The notes under the pieces are model-generated. The model made no database searches. It was not told the origin of the DNA and saw only the letters and a list, made by a program, of their open reading frames with translations. The position numbers and the translations under genes were made by a program. Below, in pieces: positions 36,749-46,264 of a stretch of DNA of 64,000 nt (positions are counted from its first letter, which is position 1; each line of letters starts with the position of its first letter). Origin of the DNA: Burkholderiales bacterium (lineage in GTDB: Bacteria; Pseudomonadota; Gammaproteobacteria; Burkholderiales; SHXO01); NCBI GenBank assembly GCA_035501875.1, contig DATJVI010000001.1:6094-70093 (forward strand). The letters run 5' to 3'.

Positions 36749-38446
36749 ATGAGTCGAGTCAGTCGCAATCTGCTGGCCGGCCTCGGCGGAGTGGCGTTGG
36801 CGGTATCGGCCGCTTCCGCGATGGCGCAGGCAGGCAACGAATGGGGAACATACGGCGGAGATTACGCGAACACGCGGTACAGTACGCTCAATCAGATCCA
36901 CACCGGGAACGTCAACAAGCTGCGCGTGGCTTGGATTCGTTCGCTGGGCTCGCTCGAGTCGCAGCAGTCCACGCCGCTGATCATCAACGGCACCATGTAC
37001 GTCACCACCTCGACCGGTCCGAAGTACGTGTTTGCGCTCGACGCCAAGACCGGAGCGATCAAGTGGAAGTACGAGCCGGACCTGCCCAGCGACTACTTCG
37101 CGACGGTGTGTTGCGGCCTGGACAACCGCGGCGTCGCATACTCCAACGGCCGCATCTTCGTCGGGCGGCTGGATGCCAAGCTGGTCGCGCTGGACGCCAA
37201 CACCGGCAAGGAGCTGTGGAACGTCACGGTCATGGATTACAAGACCGGGCACGCCATCACCTCGCCGCCTCTGGTGTTCAAAGACCTCGTGGTCACCGGC
37301 TATGCGGGAGGGGAGTATGGGGTCCGCGGCGCCGTTCAAGCCTACAAGCAAGCAACCGGCGAGTTGGTGTGGAAGACCTATACCATCCCCGGCCCGGGTG
37401 AGCCCGGAAACGACACGTGGAAGGGGGATTCGTGGAAGACCGGCGGCGGCTCGACCTGGTATGTCGGCTCGTACGATCCGAAGCTCAACCTCGTGTATTG
37501 GGGCACGAGCAACGCCGGCCCCTGGGGCGGTCAGACCCGCGGCAACGACTCCAGCAACGTGCTGCCCTACAGCAACGTGTACACCGCCTCTCACATCGCA
37601 TTCGACGCCGACACCGGCAAGATCGTCTGGGCGTACCAGGCCACTCCCGCCGATGTGTGGGACTTCGACGGCGTCAACGAGGGCGTGCTGGCCGACCTGA
37701 ACCTGGGCGGTCAGAAGACCCCGGTGCTCATGAAAGCCGACCGCAACGGGTTCTTCTATGTGATCAATCGGCGGAGCGGCAAGCTGCTCTCCGCACAACC
37801 CTTCGTCCCCGTCAACTGGGCGAAGGGTGTGGACATGCAGACCGGCATGCCGATCGAGGACCCGACCAAGCGGCCGCAACTCGGCAAGTGGGCGCGCAAC
37901 GTGTGCCCGAACCTGATCGGCGGCAAGAACTGGGAACCCATGTCCTACAGCATGCAGACGGGGCTGGTGTATATCCCGAGCTTCAACATGTGCATGGACA
38001 TCGCCAACAAGGAGGAGGAGTACACGCCCGGCAAGTTCTACTTGGCGTCCGAGTTCAACCTCGACATGGCGGGATCGAGCGGCACCAACCTCTCCGAGTT
38101 CATGGCTTGGGACCCGGTGGCGAGCAAGAAAGTCTGTGGCGTGAAAGAGGACCTGCCATTCCTCGGCGGCGCCATGTCCACGGCCGGCAACCTGGTCTTC
38201 TACGGAAACCAGCACGGTGAGCTGAAGGCGATCGACGCGAGGAACTGCAACGTGCTGTGGAAGTTCACCGTCGGCACGGGGATCCTGCAAAGCCCAGTGA
38301 CCTACACGCTGGACGGCAAGCAGTATCTGGCGGTCGTCGCGGGCCGCACCAAGGGTCCGCCCTCGTTCTTCGGCAAGATCGGCCAGCGCGTGATCGATGC
38401 CAGCCCCGAAGGCGGCATGGTGGTGGTCTTCGAGCTGGGCAGCTGA
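36749..38446 (+). CDS. PQQ-dependent alcohol dehydrogenase (type I quinoprotein), lanthanide-type signature
   Basis: ATG at 36749 preceded by GAGGAGGA, with a signal peptide (AVSAASAMA/QA). It has NEWGTYGGDYANTRYS, the vicinal disulfide CCGLDNRG and WDFDGVNEG, where the catalytic Asp is followed two residues later by a second Asp, as in XoxF/PedH-type enzymes. Confidence 0.8.
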   Translation: MSRVSRNLLAGLGGVALAVSAASAMAQAGNEWGTYGGDYANTRYSTLNQIHTGNVNKLRVAWIRSLGSLESQQSTPLIINGTMYVTTSTGPKYVFALDAKTGAIKWKYEPDLPSDYFATVCCGLDNRGVAYSNGRIFVGRLDAKLVALDANTGKELWNVTVMDYKTGHAITSPPLVFKDLVVTGYAGGEYGVRGAVQAYKQATGELVWKTYTIPGPGEPGNDTWKGDSWKTGGGSTWYVGSYDPKLNLVYWGTSNAGPWGGQTRGNDSSNVLPYSNVYTASHIAFDADTGKIVWAYQATPADVWDFDGVNEGVLADLNLGGQKTPVLMKADRNGFFYVINRRSGKLLSAQPFVPVNWAKGVDMQTGMPIEDPTKRPQLGKWARNVCPNLIGGKNWEPMSYSMQTGLVYIPSFNMCMDIANKEEEYTPGKFYLASEFNLDMAGSSGTNLSEFMAWDPVASKKVCGVKEDLPFLGGAMSTAGNLVFYGNQHGELKAIDARNCNVLWKFTVGTGILQSPVTYTLDGKQYLAVVAGRTKGPPSFFGKIGQRVIDASPEGGMVVVFELGS

Positions 38447-38538
38447 TCTACAAGCAGTCGCGCCCGAACAGCGCACAGCGGCGGGGCCCGGCGGCCCCGC
38501 CGTTTCGTGTCGGAGCAGGCTGAATCAACGAGAAGCCG

Positions 38539-38916
38539 GTGGTGAACCGCCAGCGTTGGCATGGGCTTGTTTGGGCCGCATTGCTGCTGCTTGCGCCGCT
38601 GCGGTGCGGCGCAGCGGGCGACCCGGCGCGTCCCACGAATCCGTACGAAGGCAAAGCGGACGCTGCCGAAGAAGGCCGCGGCCTGTTGAACCAATATTGC
38701 GCCCACTGCCACGGACCGAATGCGGTCCAAGGAGAGCGCCCCCGCGATCTGCGGCGGCTCCGGATCCGTTATGGCGACAACGCCATCAGCGTGTTCTGGA
38801 TCACCGTACACAAGGGTCGTATGGACAAGGGCATGCCCGTCTGGGGCGGCGTGCTCCCCGACGATACGCTCTGGCGCATCTACACCTTTCTGGAGAGTAT
38901 CCAGACGCAGCCTTGA
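38539..38916 (+). CDS. Periplasmic monohaem cytochrome c (candidate electron acceptor of the PQQ dehydrogenase)
   Basis: 125 aa, GTG start, signal peptide and a single CAHCH motif with a distal Met (DKGMPVW). It lies 92 nt downstream of the dehydrogenase gene. Confidence 0.7.
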   Translation: MVNRQRWHGLVWAALLLLAPLRCGAAGDPARPTNPYEGKADAAEEGRGLLNQYCAHCHGPNAVQGERPRDLRRLRIRYGDNAISVFWITVHKGRMDKGMPVWGGVLPDDTLWRIYTFLESIQTQP

Positions 38917-38940
38917 CGCGCCGCTCCACGCGCGCCGCCT

Positions 38941-40398
38941 CTACGAGCGCTGGGCGCGTCTCAGTACCCGCCCCGGCCGGGCACCCGTCGGGTTGCCCTC
39001 GCGCCACACGATCTCGCCGTTGACGATGACGGTCTCGATCCCGGGCGAGGGCGCGATCGGGCGCTCGAACGTGGCCGCCTCGTCCACCGTCGCGGGATCG
39101 AACACCGTGATGTCGGCATGCGCGCCGGGCCGGATCACGCCGCGTCCCTCCAGCCCGAAAGTGCGCGCCGTAAGCCCGGTCATCTTGTGCACCGCTTGCT
39201 CGAGCGAAAACAGCCGTAGTTCTCGACTGTAGTGCCCGAGCACGCGCGGGAAAGTGGCCCACAGCCGCGGATGCGGGAATGCATCGTGCGGCAGCCCGTC
39301 GGACCCGATCATCGTGTGCTCATAAGCGAGGATGCGCTGCACATCGGCCTCGTCCATGGAGAAGTAGATCGCGCCTGCAGGCAGCAACCGAGCGATCGCT
39401 TCGTTCTGCGGCAGCCCCATCTGTCGGGCCACCTCCTCGAGGTCCTTCCCCGCATGCTCCGGGTGCGGCTTGGACCAAGTGACCAGCACACGTGTGGCCA
39501 CCCCCATCCGCCCGGCCGACAGCACAGTGGAGGAGGCGTGGTAGGGATAGCAGTCCAGCCCGATGGGCTGGTGCCGCATGTGCTCCGAGATGCACGCCAG
39601 CGTCTCCCGAGAGCGCCCATAGTTGGTCGTGCCCACGACCTTGTGGTGCGAAATGACGACCGGGACATCGAGCTCGCGGCCGATCCGGAAGCTCTCCTCC
39701 AGAGAATCGAGCACGCGGTCGGCCTCGTTGCGCATGTGCGTGACGTACAGGCCGCCGAACTCGGGCAGCGGGCGGCACACCTCGATCACTTCTTCCGTCG
39801 GCGCAGCCGCCGCCGGCTCGTAGTAGAGCCCGGTGGACACGCCGATCGCGCCCGCTGCGAGCGCCTCGCGCGCCAGCTCGCGCATGCGCCCGATCTCGGC
39901 CGCGCTCGCGGGTGCCTCGACATCGTCCATCGTCACCACCCGCAGCATGGTATGCCCGACCATCAGCGCGCAATTCGCGGCCGGCGGCTTCGCGCGCAGC
40001 TCCTCGACGTAGGCGGCAAAAGTGGGAAAGCGAAACCATGCGCCTGCGTCGTCGAGCAGGTCGAGCGGCGGCGTGACCGGCGCGCGCATGCCTTGCGGCG
40101 CCGGCGCGAGCGAGATGCCGCAGTTGCCGGCCACCACGGTGGTCACCCCCTGGCTTACCTTAGGGGCCATGTCGGGCGCCGAGAGCAGCAACCGGTCGTC
40201 GTGCGTGTGAGCGTCGATGAAGCCGGGCGCGGCGATCTTGCCCGTCGCGTCGATCTCGACCGCCGCGCCGCGTTGGTCGAGCCGGCCGACCTCGGCGATG
40301 CGCCCCTCGCGCACTCCGATGTCGCCGGCAAAGCGCGCCGCGCCGGTGCCGTCGATGATGGTCGCGTTGCGGATCAACAAGTCGAGCTGTGCATCCAT
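38941..40398 (-). CDS. N-acyl-D-amino-acid deacylase (D-aminoacylase) family amidohydrolase
   Basis: Trimmed to the ATG at 40398 (MDAQLDLLIRNATIIDGTG). Motif APGFIDAHTHDD and the characteristic C-terminal beta-domain. Confidence 0.8.
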   Translation of the reverse strand: MDAQLDLLIRNATIIDGTGAARFAGDIGVREGRIAEVGRLDQRGAAVEIDATGKIAAPGFIDAHTHDDRLLLSAPDMAPKVSQGVTTVVAGNCGISLAPAPQGMRAPVTPPLDLLDDAGAWFRFPTFAAYVEELRAKPPAANCALMVGHTMLRVVTMDDVEAPASAAEIGRMRELAREALAAGAIGVSTGLYYEPAAAAPTEEVIEVCRPLPEFGGLYVTHMRNEADRVLDSLEESFRIGRELDVPVVISHHKVVGTTNYGRSRETLACISEHMRHQPIGLDCYPYHASSTVLSAGRMGVATRVLVTWSKPHPEHAGKDLEEVARQMGLPQNEAIARLLPAGAIYFSMDEADVQRILAYEHTMIGSDGLPHDAFPHPRLWATFPRVLGHYSRELRLFSLEQAVHKMTGLTARTFGLEGRGVIRPGAHADITVFDPATVDEAATFERPIAPSPGIETVIVNGEIVWREGNPTGARPGRVLRRAQRS

Positions 40399-40411
40399 CG
40401 CGCCGCCTCCG

Positions 40412-41101
40412 CTACTTGATCTGCTCCGATGCCGCATAGGCGTCGCGCAGCTTCGCGACGTTGAACGCGGGCGCGCGTGCGGCATCCAGAATCACCTTCT
40501 CCCGGCGCGCCATCAGGTCGATCGCCGCAGGCAGCCTCTCGGCCACGTCGAGCGGGATCACCACCGCGCCGTGAACATCGGCATGGATCACGTCTCCGCT
40601 GGAGACCGCCATTCCCAGGACATCCACCCGGGTGCCGAACTCGACCACCTGCACGAAGGCATGGCTCGGCGACAGCGTCGCTGCGAGGCATTGGAACTGC
40701 GGGTGCATCGCGTCCAGGTCGCGCATGGAGCCGTTGGTGACCGCGCCCACGCAGCCCAGGCCCCAGTGCACGTTGGTGTTGACTTCGCCCCAGAACGCGC
40801 CCAGCCCGGGCTGCCCGTCGACATCCTGCACCACGGCCACTGTCGGTTGGCCGCCCGCTGCGAGCGATTCGTAGTAGCCGAACAGCTTTTGTTTGCGCGC
40901 CACGGGATCGAACGGGTCGGAGCAGCGGATCATCGCTGTGCGTGCGATGCCGACGATCGGAGCCAGCTTGGGGAAGGCCGCGATCAGACGCTGGCGCGTA
41001 AAGCCGGTCGTGAACCTCGCACCGCGCACGATCTCGAGCGCGTTCACGATCGTGGGGGTGTCGAACTTGCGTAACTGCTCGAACAGGGTGCGTGTGTCCA
41101 A
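40412..41101 (-). CDS. RraA-family protein (putative oxaloacetate decarboxylase / HMG aldolase-like)
   Basis: 229 aa with FDTPTIVNALE and the GDVIHADVHGAVVIP block typical of RraA/MenG-like proteins. Confidence 0.7.
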   Translation of the reverse strand: MDTRTLFEQLRKFDTPTIVNALEIVRGARFTTGFTRQRLIAAFPKLAPIVGIARTAMIRCSDPFDPVARKQKLFGYYESLAAGGQPTVAVVQDVDGQPGLGAFWGEVNTNVHWGLGCVGAVTNGSMRDLDAMHPQFQCLAATLSPSHAFVQVVEFGTRVDVLGMAVSSGDVIHADVHGAVVIPLDVAERLPAAIDLMARREKVILDAARAPAFNVAKLRDAYAASEQIK

Positions 41102-41294
41102 TTGGAGTCTCCTAAATGTCTACCTCACTGAAACGCAACCGGCTGCGCGGGCTCACGGCGAGAGCCGAACGCGGCGGCACGAGCCCGGGGGCATGAGGCA
41201 AAGCCGACGAGCGCCGCGTCGCGTGCCGGCGTGCTCTGTGTGCAGCCGCGTCGAACTCTCGGTGCCTCGGCGGTTCGCCCGCGATAGGCGCCGC

Positions 41295-42713
41295 TCACCG
41301 CCGCACCGGATTGTGCCGCCATAGGAGCGGCATCCGCCCGGCCTCCGCGGTCGCCAGCTCCTCGAGATACTTGGACTGCGCCATGTCGTAGGCGTAGTCG
41401 GTGAGCTTGCCCATCAGCTCCTTGACCCGCTCCGGGTAGGTGCCGGCCAGGTTCGCGGCCTCCTCGGGGTCGTTCGCGATGTTGAACAGCTCCATCCGGC
41501 TGGGCAGCGCAGCGTATACGACCAGCTTCCACTCGCCCACGCGGATCGCTCCGCTGAAATCCTCCACGTTGATCAGCACTTCCTTGCGCGGGCTGCGCTG
41601 CGTGCCGGCCAGCGCGGGCCAGACATCCACGCCGTCGAGCTTCTTCTCCTGCTCGAGCGTCGCGCCCGCCAACTTGAGAATCGTCGCATACATATCGGCC
41701 ACGTGCACCATGTCGACGACGGTGCTCTTCGGCGGGATGCGGCCGGGCCAGGATGCGAGCGCAACCACGCGCACCCCGCCTTCGTACAGGCTGCCTTTGC
41801 CCTCGCGGAAGATGCCGTTGTCGGCAGCGAAATCCTCGACGTCCGCGTCTCCCGTCGGATACTTCGTCGGTAGTGCGCCGCCGTTGTCGCTGTGAAACAC
41901 GATCAGCGTGTTGTCCAGCAGCTTGCGCCGCTCGAGCGCCGAGAGCACCTCGCCCACCGCCTGGTCCAGCGCGGTGACGGCCGCAGAGTAGTCGCGCTGA
42001 GCGGAGTCGGGTAGATCGCCGTATAGATCGACAAATTGCTTCGGCGCGCCGTAAGGCGCGGCCGGCGCCGCGAACGAAAGCACCAGCAGAAACGGCTGGG
42101 AGGCGTTCTGCCGGTCGATGAACTTGACGGCGTCCCGGGCCAGAAGCGCCGTGACGTAGCCGTCTTCCCGGACTGCCTGTTCGTTGCGGCGCCAATCCGC
42201 CTTGGCGGTCTTCTTCAGCGCGAAGCCGACATCCCCTGACAGCGTGCCGTAAAAGTACTCGAAGCCGCGGCGCGTGGGCCAGAATTCGGCGCGGGCGTGA
42301 CCGAGCTGCCACTTGCCGAGGAAGGCGGTGGCGTACCCCGCATCCTTGAGCGCCTGGCCGAGGGTGCGCTCCTGCTCCGGCAACCCATATCGGCTGGCCG
42401 GCAGGATGGAACCGGTCTGCAACCCGTAGCGCATCGGGTAGCGTCCCGTCATCAGCGCGGCCCGGGTCTGCGTCGAAAACGGCTGCACGTAGAACGCGTT
42501 CAACACGGCGCCGGAGGCGGCGAGCCGGTCGAGTTGCGGCGTGCGAACGCTGCCTTCGTGAAAGCCGACGTCCTTCCAGCCGAGATCGTCGGCGAGGATG
42601 TACACGACATTGGGACGCTCCGCGGCGCTTGCGCCCGCGACGAACAGCAATCCCAGCCCTGCGGCCATGGCTGCGACGCGCCAGGGCGTGCCCAGTCTGC
42701 CGAGCACACGCAT
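41295..42713 (-). CDS. Sulfatase-family hydrolase (arylsulfatase-like) with a non-canonical active-site motif
   Basis: 472 aa with a signal peptide. NVVYILADDLGWKDVG is the metal-binding N-terminus. At the position of the C/S-x-P-x-R signature the sequence reads S-T-Q-T-R (PFSTQTRAALMTGRYP). Confidence 0.75.
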   Translation of the reverse strand: MRVLGRLGTPWRVAAMAAGLGLLFVAGASAAERPNVVYILADDLGWKDVGFHEGSVRTPQLDRLAASGAVLNAFYVQPFSTQTRAALMTGRYPMRYGLQTGSILPASRYGLPEQERTLGQALKDAGYATAFLGKWQLGHARAEFWPTRRGFEYFYGTLSGDVGFALKKTAKADWRRNEQAVREDGYVTALLARDAVKFIDRQNASQPFLLVLSFAAPAAPYGAPKQFVDLYGDLPDSAQRDYSAAVTALDQAVGEVLSALERRKLLDNTLIVFHSDNGGALPTKYPTGDADVEDFAADNGIFREGKGSLYEGGVRVVALASWPGRIPPKSTVVDMVHVADMYATILKLAGATLEQEKKLDGVDVWPALAGTQRSPRKEVLINVEDFSGAIRVGEWKLVVYAALPSRMELFNIANDPEEAANLAGTYPERVKELMGKLTDYAYDMAQSKYLEELATAEAGRMPLLWRHNPVRR

Positions 42714-42921
42714 CTTGTCTCCTCCCGCACCATCGTGAGCGGTGCTGTCGCACCGCGGAAGCTCTTGTCACCGATCTCCCTATGATACGATGGGCGCACG
42801 CTCGGATCGAATCACCGGCGGCGCGCAAAAGCGCAGCGGCCTCGGCGCTCGCCCTGCTTCCGTTGCGTCACTGCAGTTCGCGACACCCTGCAAAAGGTCC
42901 TGGCCTCCTCATTTCGCCGCG

Positions 42922-44403
42922 ATGTCCGAGCGAGACATTCTCCTCGACTGGCTCACGCGAGCCTCCCAGCGGTTGCGCTTGCTCCGCCGCTTGCACGAGC
43001 TGGGCTGGATCGCAACTGCGCTGATCGGGCTGCTCGCGCTGTACCTGGCGCTACGGGCGCTGCCATTGCCCGCGCCCGTGCTCGCAGCGACGGCGCCGCT
43101 GCTGCTGCTGGCCGCAATCGCCGCGTTGCCGTTGTCATATTGGCGGCTGACGCGCCGGCCCAGTCTGGCGCACACCGCCGGTCGGGCCGACGCGCGCGCC
43201 GGCCTCGACGACGAACTGAAGAGCGCCTACTGGTTCGTGCGGCAGGAAGACCAATCGACGGCCGTCGCATCGATGCTGCGCCATGCGGCGCATACGGTGC
43301 AGCGCCTCGAGCTGCGCCAGGTGTTCCCCGTCTCGGTGCCCGGCAGCGTCTTGTGCGCGGCTGCGCTGGCCGCGGCAGCAGCGATGCTGGCAGCTTTGCC
43401 ACCGCGCGCCGGAGAGCCGCAAGTTGCAGAACCTGGTGTGCCCGGGACGGCGGCGGCGGTCGAGGCAGCCCGCCTCGGCACGCGCGTCGCGAGCGCTGGC
43501 AGCGATGATCGCTCCGCGTTGGACGCGCCCGAGCGCGCCGCCCGATCCGATAGCGCTCGCGAAGACGATGAGGTCTGGTCTCAGGTTGAGCAGGCCGCAC
43601 GCAAGCTCGACAGCGGCGAGCAGCGCGAGGCCCTGGAACGCGCCGTCCAGTCTCGGGACGCGGCGCGTGCGTTGCAGTTGCTCGAGGCGTTGCAGCCCGG
43701 CTCGCCCGAGGACGGTAACCCTGCGGCGCACCCCGAAGCGAATCAGGTGTCGCCCGAGGTGGCGCAAGGGATCTTGCAACGGTTGCAAGAGCTGCTCAAA
43801 CAAGACGACGAGCCCGCCGGCCCCGACTCCAAACCGATCGCGGAACAGGGCGAGCTGCGGGTCTCGCAAGAACAGGGTCGCGAGCCTCAGGCAGGCGCGC
43901 AGCGAGACCAGGCGCACTCGGATCAAGCCGAAGACCTGCTGAACGCAGCGATGCGCTCGCTCTCGCGCAACGACATCGGGGGGCGGCCTGCGGTGGGCGG
44001 TCAGGGCGAAAGCGGCCAGGAGAGCGGTGCGACCGAACTCAACGGCGGTGCGATGGGACGGCGCGTAAGCCGCAGCCGGGCCGGCGCCGGGGACGGCAAC
44101 GCGCCGCCGGGAAATCCTTCCGGCAACGCGGAAGCCGAGCCGGTGCTCGGCAAGCAGACCCTGCGGCTCGTCACGCAGCTGCAACGCCGCAACGTCGGCG
44201 GCAGCGGAGCGGAGCAGGACGACGGCACGCCGGAAGCGTTTTATGCGGCGACTCAAGCGCAGGCGTCGCGCCTCGAGCTGGAACCGGTCGAAGCTGGGAC
44301 GCGCAGTAGCGATGAGGATGCACTGGAGCACCGCCAGCTCCCACTCGCCTACCGCTCGGCGGTGAGGAAGTACTTCGTAACCGAGCACGAGAAGGACAAC
44401 TGA
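42922..44403 (+). CDS. Membrane protein, low-complexity acidic/Gln-rich, unknown function (first gene of the Bat-like operon)
   Basis: ATG at 42922 (MSERDILLDWL...). Two or three N-terminal TM helices precede a long Ala/Glu/Gln/Arg-rich region and a conserved-looking tail (LPLAYRSAVRKYF). The ORF-track start at 42742 was rejected. Confidence 0.55.
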   Translation: MSERDILLDWLTRASQRLRLLRRLHELGWIATALIGLLALYLALRALPLPAPVLAATAPLLLLAAIAALPLSYWRLTRRPSLAHTAGRADARAGLDDELKSAYWFVRQEDQSTAVASMLRHAAHTVQRLELRQVFPVSVPGSVLCAAALAAAAAMLAALPPRAGEPQVAEPGVPGTAAAVEAARLGTRVASAGSDDRSALDAPERAARSDSAREDDEVWSQVEQAARKLDSGEQREALERAVQSRDAARALQLLEALQPGSPEDGNPAAHPEANQVSPEVAQGILQRLQELLKQDDEPAGPDSKPIAEQGELRVSQEQGREPQAGAQRDQAHSDQAEDLLNAAMRSLSRNDIGGRPAVGGQGESGQESGATELNGGAMGRRVSRSRAGAGDGNAPPGNPSGNAEAEPVLGKQTLRLVTQLQRRNVGGSGAEQDDGTPEAFYAATQAQASRLELEPVEAGTRSSDEDALEHRQLPLAYRSAVRKYFVTEHEKDN

Positions 44404-44470
44404 AGCGTTCGTCGCGCGACGGGGCGGCTTCTGTCGTGCTCGGACCCGAGCGCATGGGGGAGGCGATGAC

Positions 44471-46261
44471 GTGAGTGTTCTGGCGCTCTCGCCGCTTGCG
44501 GCCTACGGTCTCCTGGCCGGTGTGGGCGCGGTCGTGCTGGCGCTCTACCTGGTCAAGCCGCGTACGCTCCGCGTCGTGGTGCCCTCTGTCCTGCTGTGGC
44601 GTCGCGTCCTGCGCACGCGCGTGCGCACACCCGATCGCTGGCGCTGGCTGTTGTCCCTGCTGCTCGCACTGGCGTGCGCGATCACCTTGGCGGTGGCGCT
44701 CGTGCGTCCCGACTTCCGCGCGCTCGGCATCGCCGCCAGCCGCACCGTGCTCATCCTCGATAACTCGCCTTCGATGGCGGCACGCATGCACGACGGAAGG
44801 AGCCGCTGGCGGCATGCGATGGCCAGCGCGCGCAGGGTGATCGAGCGCGGCGGCGCGGACAGCGAATTCCTGCTCCTGGACACCATGGGACGCACGCCGT
44901 TCACCGGCTTCGCGACCCGCGACGAAGCGCTGGAGCAGTTGGCGCGGTTGCCGCTCACCTCGGCGGGCGCTGCGCGCATCCCGCCGCTGCCGCTAGAGGC
45001 GGTGTCCACGCGCATCGATCTCTTCACCGACGGTGTCGCGTTGGGAGCGGCGCCGCGCGGAATGGTCGTGCACTCGGCGTTCGAGCCGGCGGACAACGTC
45101 GCGCTCACGGCGTTCGAGGCGCGGGCGCTGCCGAGCCAGCCTACGCGGTACGAGGCGCTCGCGCAGATCTTCAACGCTTCGGCGACCGCGAAGCATGTCC
45201 GGCTCGAGATCGCGGGCGAGCCCGCGTTCGCGGTTGCGAGGCAGATCGACCTCCCGGCTGGAGCCAGCACCGACGAGACGGTCGACGTGAGCGGATTCGA
45301 GCAGGGCGTGCTGCGGGCGCGGGTCATCGCGGACGGCGACGCGCTGGATCTCGACGACGTGGCCTATTGCGTCGTCGCGCCGCACCGTCCGCGACGGGTG
45401 CTGCTGGTCACCTCCGGCAACGCATTTCTCGAGGACTCGATCCGCTCGCTGCCCGGCGTGGTGCTCACCACACGCACGCCGGCGCACTACCTCGCAGCGG
45501 GCGGATTCGACGCGTACGTGTTCGATCGCTTCGCACCGATGCATCCCCCGCCCGCCGGTGCGCTGCTGTTCCGGCCCCCTGCGGTAGCGTGGATCCCGCT
45601 CGCGACGAATGCGGTGCTCGATCCGTCCGTCGTGCGCTGGGAGCGGTCGCACCCGCTCAACGCCGCGATGGACTGGACCGACGTGCGGATCCATCGCGCC
45701 CTGCTGGCTGCCGTCCCCGCCGGCCTGTCCGCGATCGTCTCCGCGAGAGGGTCTGGCGAGGGCGCGCTGGTGGTCGCGGGCCATGCGCGCGCCGCTTGGA
45801 TCGAGGTTGGCTTCGCACTGGGGGATTCCAACTTCCCGATGCAGGCCGGCTTCCCGGTCTTTCTCGGCTCGGCATTGAGCTGGCTAGCCGACCGTCCCAC
45901 CATCATCAGCGCAGGCCTGGGACACGTCGAAGTGCCGCTGCCGCATGCCGACGTCCGCGATAGCAGGGAACAGCGGATCGCCACCCGCGACACCGTTGGG
46001 GGCACGGCGTTCGAAGCGGCGCGCCCCGGCGTCTACGCCGTGACCAGCGGCGACGCAGCGCTGACCGTGGTCGCCAACGTTCTGGATCCTCGGGTTGCGC
46101 AAATCAACCACAGCCATCTGGCCGGACGGGGTCCCGAGTTCGTTTCCGGTCGCCGGTCGTACCGGTTCACCTGGCCGCAGCCCTGGATCGTGCTGCTGCT
46201 CGCGGGCGCGGCGCTGCTCGCCGTCGAGTGGATCACCTTCAGCCGGCGCATCACGGTGTAG
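44471..46261 (+). CDS. BatA-N / double-transmembrane-anchor (TIGR02226-like) protein
   Basis: 596 aa. GTG start preceded by GGGGGAGG. The N-terminus (LSPLAAYGLLAGVGAVVLALYLVKPR...VPSVLLWRRV) has the aerotolerance-regulator N-terminal pattern, and there is a single C-terminal TM helix (PWIVLLLAGAALLAVEWITF). Confidence 0.65.
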   Translation: MSVLALSPLAAYGLLAGVGAVVLALYLVKPRTLRVVVPSVLLWRRVLRTRVRTPDRWRWLLSLLLALACAITLAVALVRPDFRALGIAASRTVLILDNSPSMAARMHDGRSRWRHAMASARRVIERGGADSEFLLLDTMGRTPFTGFATRDEALEQLARLPLTSAGAARIPPLPLEAVSTRIDLFTDGVALGAAPRGMVVHSAFEPADNVALTAFEARALPSQPTRYEALAQIFNASATAKHVRLEIAGEPAFAVARQIDLPAGASTDETVDVSGFEQGVLRARVIADGDALDLDDVAYCVVAPHRPRRVLLVTSGNAFLEDSIRSLPGVVLTTRTPAHYLAAGGFDAYVFDRFAPMHPPPAGALLFRPPAVAWIPLATNAVLDPSVVRWERSHPLNAAMDWTDVRIHRALLAAVPAGLSAIVSARGSGEGALVVAGHARAAWIEVGFALGDSNFPMQAGFPVFLGSALSWLADRPTIISAGLGHVEVPLPHADVRDSREQRIATRDTVGGTAFEAARPGVYAVTSGDAALTVVANVLDPRVAQINHSHLAGRGPEFVSGRRSYRFTWPQPWIVLLLAGAALLAVEWITFSRRITV

Positions 46262-46264
46262 CGG

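Noticed and set aside
36359-38476. 705-aa ORF antisense to the PQQ dehydrogenase gene
   Set aside because: The sense strand encodes a full-length, motif-rich quinoprotein. The antisense product is low-complexity (R/A/G/V/H-rich), so it is a GC-rich antisense artefact.
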